From contig CM035359.1 in NCBI GenBank assembly GCA_020137815.1, forward strand, positions 1,736,001 through 1,800,000: a DNA stretch of 64,000 nucleotides. The letters run 5' to 3'. Below the pieces are notes generated by a model, which searched no databases, had not been told where the DNA came from, and was given only the letters and a program-made list of their open reading frames with translations. Position 1 is the stretch's first letter; each line of letters begins with the position of its first letter. The DNA comes from Hormiphora californensis (lineage: Eukaryota; Animalia; Ctenophora). Of the stretch, positions 55,492 to 64,000 are shown in pieces. The translations under genes and the position numbers were made by a program.

Positions 55492-58400
55492 CTAGACAAG
55501 TTTTAGACAAGTTTTTTTAGACAAGTTTTAAAAATGATTCAGGTCGGTGTTACCCGACCCAAGAAAATACAATAATAATTTAATTAATAATTTAAAAACA
55601 CACTCAAAAAATAAATATAGTTAAAAAAAGAGGAAATCTGGAGAAGTGGGGAGGGAGATGGGGGAGGGAGAAGGGATCAAGGTATCTGTGTATGGGGGGG
55701 GGGGTGCATAGTGATAGAGTTGGTGGTAAGTGGAGAAGAGAACAGTGTGGTTAAGGGAGTGGGAATGACCGGGTGGAAGGGTGAGAGAGAGAAACACGAT
55801 GCTAAGAGAGAGGTGAACAGCAGTGAGGTGGAGAGGGAGCACTTAAACAGGGGGAAAGGAAGAAGGGAATAGAGGTAGTAAGACAACGTGCGGGAGGCGG
55901 GGGACCGGAAGTAAAGGAGGACTGAGGCTGACGAAGAGCACTGAGAGCAGCTAGGGATGGGTTCCTGGGAAAGGGCAGCGAGGTCTGGAGAAAAGGGTGA
56001 GATGAAGGAGGGCCAGAGGTGAGGAATGGAAAAGGTGAGAGTACCAGAAGAGCAAGAGGCGAGACGATGATCCGGATCAAAAAGGGGGGGGGGGGCTGGA
56101 ACGAGGAGGGAGATGGAGGAGTCCAGACCAGCGGTGGAGACGACGAGAAGGAAGCGGAGTGTCGGTGGGGCCTGGCTGTCGGGGACAGGGGACTGACGGA
56201 GAGATGCAACTCAGAGAGAGGAAGTAGATGGAAACCACGGACAGGAAAAAGGGCGGTGAGGGCTGGAAACGGTGAAGGAGGGCCAGAGATGGAGGTGAGG
56301 AAGGAGAGGGGGAGCACCCAGTGAGCAGAAGAGGCGATGACCTGGATCAGAGGGACGGTAGCCTGGAACAGAGGGTATCAGAGGAGAGCTGGAACGAGGA
56401 ATACGAGGAGGTCTGACAGAGCGGTAGAGAGGGAAGGGGTGGAAAGGGTTGGAGTCAGCAGTCGAGAAGAAGTGGAGGCGGTGACCTGAATCAAAGGGAC
56501 GGTAGCCTGGAACAGAGGGTATCAGAGGAGAGCTGGAACGAGGAGTATGAGGAGGAGGTCTGACAGGGCGGTAGAGACGAAGAGCAGGAAGGGACTGTCG
56601 GAGGGCTCCAGGGAGGGGGTGGAAAGGGTTGGAGTCAGCAGGCGAGAAGAAGTAGGGCAGGAAATAAGGGTTGAGGAAGGGAGGAGTGGGAGCCGGTGTA
56701 CAAAAGACGCGGGAAACCAGACAAAGGAAGAGAGGAAGAGATGACGTAGCACAGGTGTACCCCGCGCGTAAGGGTATAGCCCGCGCCCCCGCTCTAGGGG
56801 TGAGACGGCGCGCCCTCCTGCAACGAGTCCCCCCGACCTCTCAGAGTGAGAGATGTGTTAACATATTGAGCCAGAATGTTAGATGCAATAGGGTGGTTCA
56901 GGGTATGAGTCAGGTCATCAGTAGAGTTTGGAATCGCTAAGCCATGTTTTCTCAGGTCGTCAGACATCTTGATTCTGGGGGTTATGTACTGAAGACAGGT
57001 GAATAGGAGGTGTTCCTCGTCTTCCACAAGAGGCAAGCCGATTCCATTACACCAGGAACAAATTCTTTTGTCCCTAGGGATACTCGAGTAACGACCTCTT
57101 TCGATTGCAAGATGGTGGGAGCTAGTAAGAAAACGGTTAAGGGCGGTTCTGTTTCCGTAGTTGGATACGGTATGTAGATACTTGGCTGGAGAGAAATCCA
57201 GTATCACCCGCTTAAAGAAGGAGAGCTTGGATTGCGAGTTTGCTGCCTCGTCTAAACAGGATCGAAAAGCACAGCTGAGGATGTTGTTCACCTTCCAGGG
57301 TCTAAACCAGCCTGATGCAAGAGGAGGGTCGGGAGAGGCGACAGGGTTAGGGGGTGGTGGTGGGACTGCTTTGGGATCTCTAATGATTCGAGCGGCGTCC
57401 ATGTGAGGTAACCGATAGATCTCATCCAGCTGGAGGAGGGGCAGGATCGACTTGAACCAAGGTAGGTGGTACTTCTCTTGTTCAGTAAGGATCCAAGCTC
57501 GAGTCGGTTTCCTTCTGGGACGGGTGAGGAGGACCTGCGAGAGGTTTCATCAGGGTCGTCGGCTATGGAGTCTGTTGGAATGGTTGGGATGGAGCCCCTT
57601 TTAGAGGCTGAGGGGACCGAGGCCGGTGTACCAGCCATGATGAGAGCCATGCCCGAAGTGCCCGGTTCGATCCCCACCTCATAGCTTGAGGTGTCTCCTG
57701 TCAGGGTAAGACAAGAGCCAGCTTCCAGGTCATATAGCTGTCTCCTTTTCTGGGTGGTGTTCCTCACCTTAATCACCCTATTAGTGTTTATGAGGATGAC
57801 AGTTATAGTCTGATTCTCGGGCCTGTCAGGGGTGGCGTATTTGTACTTCAGTTCGCCCTCAGTTAGCTTAAAGAGTTTCGCTCTGTCGAAGATGATGGAA
57901 GGGTCTGACTTAAAGTTGTCCGTGAGGTATCGGCTGAGAGCTAGGCTGCATTCATGTGTTGGGTTACACGTGGTGGGATCAAAGACGTTTCCAATCGGCT
58001 CAGCACAGAGTAAGCTCCTGGGAAATCCTGCGGGAAACCAAGACTTCTCGTTGGCCACGATATGTGTGGTATCAGTCTTTTTCGCAAAATGGTAGGCACC
58101 CTCAACCGTTCGAATTTGTGGTTGGCTGGAGGGCGTGCTCTGGGTTGCTGTGTACACTGAGATGATCGAGCTGGTGCCGGGATGGAGGGGGAGAGGAAGT
58201 CTTTCTGACAAGGACGAGAAACTGCCAGATGGGGCGGTGAATCTCGGTTTCGCCTTGTGATAGGGTGGTTTGTGGGTGTTGGTCTGACCTACTAAGAGTA
58301 TGATGGAGATGAGGTGTGAGATCAGTGCAACTGTGCCCTGGTTAATGTAGCATGTGATGAGTGCTTCGTGCACTGGGTCAACTGCGGGATAGGTTAGGTA

Positions 58401-59033
58401 ATCGGTTTTGGGGTTAATGTTAATCAGTAGGTTTGGATGGGGGTATAGGGCAGGGGAGCTGGGTTCTAGAACACTCTGCCAGTCAAAGACACTCTTGAAT
58501 TCATCACTCGCATTTAATGATTTATAGCCTTCTAAATCGACACTCTTGTACTCATAACTCATGCTCATTAATTCACAACTTCTTACTTTCTCGTGGCTTT
58601 TACCGACTTTCTCGTCATCATAAACACTCCTCGTACTGGAACTCGTGCTCGTGTGCCTGTTGCATTCAGCGTAACTCTCCACTCTGTCACCTTGCTTCCT
58701 CGCTTCAGGGGAGGCTTGCAGTGCTGTGTCATCGTTCGGACCTCGTTCCTCTCTCATGTTTTTGTGGGGGGAGAGGGGTGTTACGGGGTCGCAAACAACT
58801 ACAAGGTTGTGCTCCTGGTTGTAGCCACTATCAGAATGGTAGTCGTTTGCATGCATGGTCTTACCGGCTATGGCCGGGATTGCTAGGGGGTTTGTTGTTG
58901 GGGGGAGCAGATTTGGGCGCCCCCCTAGCAGCCCGGTTGTGTTGTAGTTGTCAACAAAAGTGTTATCGTCTCCATCCGGAGGGTCATCATCGGTGGCTTG
59001 TGTTTCCAGGCAAGACATCGGGAAACAAAACAT
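55492..59033 (-). mobile_element. Internally deleted non-LTR retrotransposon (RTEX/Proto2-like ORF2 C-terminus plus upstream ORF)
   Basis: ORF 56794-57402 has the LINE C-terminal signature RFLTSSHHLAIERGRY...RICSWC...EDEEHLLFTC. There is a 581-aa upstream ORF, a long pyrimidine-rich 3' region, and a (AAAACTTGTCT)x3 tail at ~55492-55531. No RT or endonuclease. Boundaries are approximate. Confidence 0.65.
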
Positions 59034-59946
59034 ACCTCAAATTAATAAAGTCGGATTTTTTGAAACCTATGGGGGGAGACACACTGAAGTTGGGCGCGCT
59101 CGTTCAAATGTCAACCTCGCGACACACACTGAAGTTTGATGCACGAGTAAAGTCGGATTTTTTGAAACTGTCACCCCCCTGAAATAACAAAATTTGCCAT
59201 ATCTCCGGTTCCTGATAAGATAGAGACTTGAAATTTGGAGGTTCGGAAGAACTTAGCAAGATTTTCGTAACCTCCAAATTTCAAGTCTCTATCTCGTCAG
59301 GAACCGGATTTATGGTCATTTACGAAATTTGAAAATACCCAGGGGGGTGACAGTTTCAAAAAATCCGACTTTAGTAGGGATCCCTAAAAAAGTTCAGTAT
59401 TTACACAGTGTTTACACAGTCTTTACACAGTCGTTACACCCAGAGCGCCCGCGCCGCTCTGGGTGTAAAGACTGCGTCTTTCGCACTCGATTTGCAGCGT
59501 TTTTGGAAACTTTTTTCGCCGCAGCGCTCAATTTAAAGTCCGTTTCAAGCGACTTGACCCGTAATTCTTGGAATTTGGCGCATTGCGCGTGTATTTACAA
59601 AGGGGAAATCCTGAATTTCCAGGAATCTCAGGTCAAGTCGTTTGAAACGCACTTTACCCAATTGTGCAGCACACAATGAGCATACTCGGAAATGTTCAGG
59701 TAGTGCACAGGTCGAGAACACAGGTAGTGCACAGTCACGCGCAAATCAAAATCAGGTAAGTCACATTGATGAGCCGCGCGAGTTTGAAAAATAGATTAAA
59801 ATGTCTGGAATCTGTTCATTTCATCGCAGACCTTCTCTACGACCGTGTCCAGACCTTGTGCTGACCTTGTGCTCGACCTCGTGCTCGACCTCGTGCTTGA
59901 TCTCGTGCTTGACCAATGACCTCTCTCTGTCTCTCTCTGTCTCTCT

Positions 59947-60019
<73 letters not shown>

Positions 60020-60542
60020 CCTCTCTATCTTTTGTATGTCCCTGACCTCTGTTAGGCCGGTTGTCGATTGGGTTGGGTTGAGGTTTACCATATTAAATGT
60101 ACCAGAACGCCCTATACCAAGTTAGGGCCTAACATTTACCGCTTACCGATGTGAAAGCCACCCTTTCCATCTAGGATGTTTGTAAAAATGAAAAAAACAG
60201 GATAAATTAGTAAAACTACAATCCCAGAAGCAGTTGGAGGTGTTTACTATCATGATGGAGGAGCTTGAGGATATTCACTAAAATGATAGCTTTGACTTTA
60301 CTCATAACTCCAGGTAAGGTCCGCCGGTTACCTCCCCCTGGCCCCTCCCCTACTCCTGGACAGTGGACGTCATCTTTGAATCACCCATTTATGTCTAATT
60401 GGCTTTCTTTTCTTCATGAGTCCTCCCTGTGTCGAACAGCTGGGAAGCAGAGCTGTCCCAACAAGGGCGCCACCCAACTACCATTTCTTTTCTTCGCTTC
60501 AATTACGTTTATCTATCTCTAGTCATGAATGTGCGTTTTGCA

Positions 60543-60792
60543 TGGAGATGGAGAGATGGATATGAAGAGATAGAGAGATGGAGAGATGGAGAGATGGAGA
60601 GATGTGGAGAGATGGAGAGATGGAGAGATGTGGAGAGATGTGGAGAGATGTGGAGAGATGGAGAGATGGAGAGATGGAGAGATGGAGAGATGGAGAGATG
60701 GAGAGATGGAGAGATGGAGAGATGGAGAGATGGAGAGATGGAGAGATGGAGAGATGGAGAGATGGAGAGATGGAGAGATGGAGAGATGGAGA
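60543..60792. repeat. (GATGGAGA)n microsatellite
   Basis: Seen directly. Confidence 0.95.
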
Positions 60793-61321
60793 TTCTGGGT
60801 TTGGGAAGGGAGGGGGATGCGGAGGAGGGAGGGGTGTGGTTGTAGTGGATGTTTGTGTCTGTGTGAAGGGTGAGCATGTGTGGGTCACCATGAACTGATT
60901 TGTAATCTCTAAATTAGGCGATCTAATTTAGGCCCTACCCAGTACCCCACATCAGCGGAGAAAACCTTACTCTCGTTAATTAAGCTCTCATATTTCAAGA
61001 AACTTTTCAATAAGAAACTTTTTTCTAGGAAACTTCAAGTGTAAGCAATCCAAAAACAAAAAGAATTTCTTCTATATCAAGAAACTAAACAAGTTGGGGG
61101 TGTTCTATTTTGTTGTGGTGTCTCTGAATTGTGTGATTTACATTCGAAAAGTTTCTTATAAAAAAGTTTCTCACTAAAGCGTTTCTTTAAAATCGAGAGT
61201 AAGGTATTATATCTAAAAAGATGATGACAGTAGATAAATGTAGGATTTCCTAAAACCTGCTCCCAACCTCCGTACTGATATCTAATCTCTTCATTAGGCC
61301 CTACCTCTCCACGTCCCAACA

Positions 61322-62855
61322 CTTTGACTTACTTGACTTAAGGCGGCTTCATTGTCCGAGCAGTCAGTTCGGTCCGCCACAGCACACGATCTTCCATTAG
61401 CCTCTTGATATCGCCATCATTAGATAGGCCAGTATCCTCCCTGAGCTGGTTAATATAGGTTTTCTTGGGTCTACCCCGGCTTCTAGAGCCCCTATCAGGT
61501 TCCCAAAACAGCAGTTGGTGAGCTGTTAGTTCCTCGTGTCTGTGGACATGTCCAGCCAGCCTAAGTCTACGAGTCCTCACAGTCTCAGAAACTCTGGGGA
61601 CATTCTGGAAGACTTCCTCATTAGAGACCCTATCCCACCAGTTGATGCCAAGCGCCATTCGTAGCATCCTACTATAACAACCATCCAATTGTTTCTCCAT
61701 AGTAGATGTAAGGGTCCACGTTTCAGCGCCGTATAATAGAATGGCCTCTACAGTAGTACGGAACAGGTTTACCTTAATGCTCCTTCTCAGGTCAGTTTTC
61801 CATATTCCTTTGAGTCTATGACAGGATGCCCAGGCCTTAGCCTTCCTAATGTTAAAATCCTTCTCCGTCGATTTAAGGTGGGCACCAAGGTAAACGAAAT
61901 CGTCCACTTGTTCTAGATAGTTTCCCGTAGAGCTAACGAGGGAAGGTTCCTCTATACCAGTAGCCATGAACTTAGTCTTCCCTTCATTCAGGTGAAGACC
62001 AACTGCAGCCGCTGCCGTTTCCAGACTTTCTAAGAATTCCTGTGCCTGTTCGATTGTGTCCGAAAGGAGTGACAGGTCATCAGCGTAATCGGTGTCTGTG
62101 ATCTTCACTTCAGGATAACGCCTACTCTTCCTCTTCCTGAGGGTAAATCCAACGTCCCTACCAGCCAGAGCCTCTCTCATGACATAGTCAATAGCTATAA
62201 TAAACAAATATGGAGCCAAGGTGTCCCCCTGTAAAACGCCAGCCAGAATTAATATAGCCTCCGTGAGTCCGTCCTCCGTTTTAACCCGGGCCATGGTGTC
62301 CTCATACGAACATTCTATAAGCCGAACTAATTTGGCAGGAATACCGTAAGCTCTCAGAATGCGCATAAGAATACCCCTGTGCAAAGAATCAAACGCACGC
62401 CGAAAGTCTATAAATAGGATAACAGAAGTTAATTTCCTTTCTGTTACCCCTTCCAACAACCGCCGGAGGGCCAGAATGTGACTGGTAGTAGACCTCCCTG
62501 GTCGGAATCCATTCTGGTTATCCCTCAAAATAGGCTCAATATGGGGTAGCAGGCGGTTGAGGATCATCTTATTAAGAGTTTTTAGAGCAACGGAGGTCAG
62601 AGAGATTCCCCTATAGTTACTAGTTTTAGTGAGGTCCCCCTTTTTAGGAACTGGAACTATAAGAAGGCTCTTCCATTGTTCAGGGAAACTACCATATTCC
62701 AGTGCATCGTTGAAGAACTCTAATACAATGTCATCGACACCTCCCCGTTTCAGGACCTCAGGTGCTAGACCATCATCTCCAGGCGCCTTCCCCTCCTTAA
62801 TGGACCTCTTAGCTGCGGTATACTCATCCTGACTGAACGTATCTGTAGATATAGG
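61322..62855 (-). mobile_element. 5'-truncated RTE-clade LINE
   Basis: Open RT frame 62855-61338 (NYRGISL, QNGFRPGRST, FIDFRRAFD, GVLQGDTLAP, YADD, RGRP...WR); TAAGTCAAG tandem tail; 9-bp TSD GTCCCAACA (61313-61321, 62856-62864). Confidence 0.95.
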
Positions 62856-64000
62856 GTCCCAACAACCGATAAAAAAACTAAATAGATGTTGGATGTCCCT
62901 AAACCTGCTCCCATCCTTTGTACTGACTACTGATATATTCTCTCCTCATGCAGGGTCGAGACAGTGATATCTATTTGTTTGGAATATGACCAGATAGTAT
63001 ATGGGATCGCCTCATAACAAGCACAATGCTGACAAAAAGCCCAGGACCAGTACACGATATTTAAATTAACCCTGTGCGATAGAAATTGGTAAGTCTCGTT
63101 AAAGTCAGAGTAGACAGAAAAAGAATTGGACAAGCTTGATTGATGTAGTAGAGCAGAACTCTCCGAGTATTTTCACTTTTCCCGCTCTGAAAAGATACAT
63201 TCCTCGCTCTATTATATTTGTTACCAGGGGGCTGGAACTCTATCTCGCTATGTTCTGTGGGCACTGGGCGTGTATGCCCGAACAGTGAACCTGCCCCGCC
63301 GTGTGTATAATAGAGAGCAATTTCACAGCGAGAAATGTATCATTGTATCTTTTGAGAGCGGGAAAAATGGAAAATACTCGGAAAGTTATATGCTCTAAAG
63401 TCGGATTTTTTGAAGTTGTCACCCCCCGTTTCGTGCGCGGAATGTTTTTGCGCGTCACATCACATGTTAACGTGTGGTGTGCGCGTCAAAATTGATAAAT
63501 TTCACATGCGCGGTCATTTTGGGGTGACAACTTCAAAAAATCCGACTTTACTACCTCAATCAAGCTTCTCCAATTCTGCTTCTGTCCACTCTCACTTCAA
63601 TGCGTACGTCAGTATTCCCCACTGACCGGCTTCCTTCATTCATAGCTGTGACATGCATAACTAGAACTGTGACTTGTGTATGTGTGTGTGTTTATAACTG
63701 TGTCAATACATTAATTGTCACTGAAAAGATAGTAATGTTGTTACTGTCCGAGTTATCTAGCTTATTCGGGTTTATAAATAAAAATATCAATATCCCCTAT
63801 AACAAATGAAATTTTCATTTGTTATTGGGGATATTTCTTTGAAAAGGGAGCAAGTGTACGGGTGTGGTTGTACCATAGTTTTGTGTTAGGACTATCCACT
63901 ATAACTGTGTTACTGTTATTGTAAACTTAAATTGTAAATTGTTTTTTCCATTTCAGTAACTGAAGGAGCTGCTAGTGCAAAACTATATGTGGAGGACTAC

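Noticed and set aside
63957-64000. Possible exon start after TTTCAG
   Set aside because: Too short and cut by the window edge.

Overview
Repeat-rich animal (eukaryotic) genomic DNA with GT-AG introns. It is probably a ctenophore, Pleurobrachia/Hormiphora-like. That is an inference from recognising the CAGGAACCGACCGAA MITE and a lineage-specific secreted domain, and it was not verified. The first ~24 kb is almost entirely transposon-derived and holds two copies of the same block (1-12548 and 17783-24353). The copies differ by at least five TE insertions, so filled and empty sites can be read directly. One insertion is an intact GalEa-type Ty1/Copia element with apparently identical LTRs. Host genes reconstructed by hand: two secreted proteins sharing an unnamed domain, an 86-aa secreted peptide with 10 mature Cys, an intronless ARSB-like sulfatase split by a long-TIR DNA transposon, a partial class A GPCR, a head-to-head tRNA-Val(AAC) pair, an acidic orphan gene, RWDD4, ZMAT2 and a CD225/dispanin protein. 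Other mobile DNA: three non-autonomous Helitrons, MULE-, Tc1- and hAT-like MITEs, a 5'-truncated RTE LINE and a deleted LINE with a possible degenerate AlkB-like domain. The most striking observation is a Transib-like element with CACAGTG termini, a 5-bp TSD and an 11-nt spacer asymmetry resembling the 12/23 RSS rule. Two stretches (~22890-24210, ~36190-36960) look like low-quality consensus.
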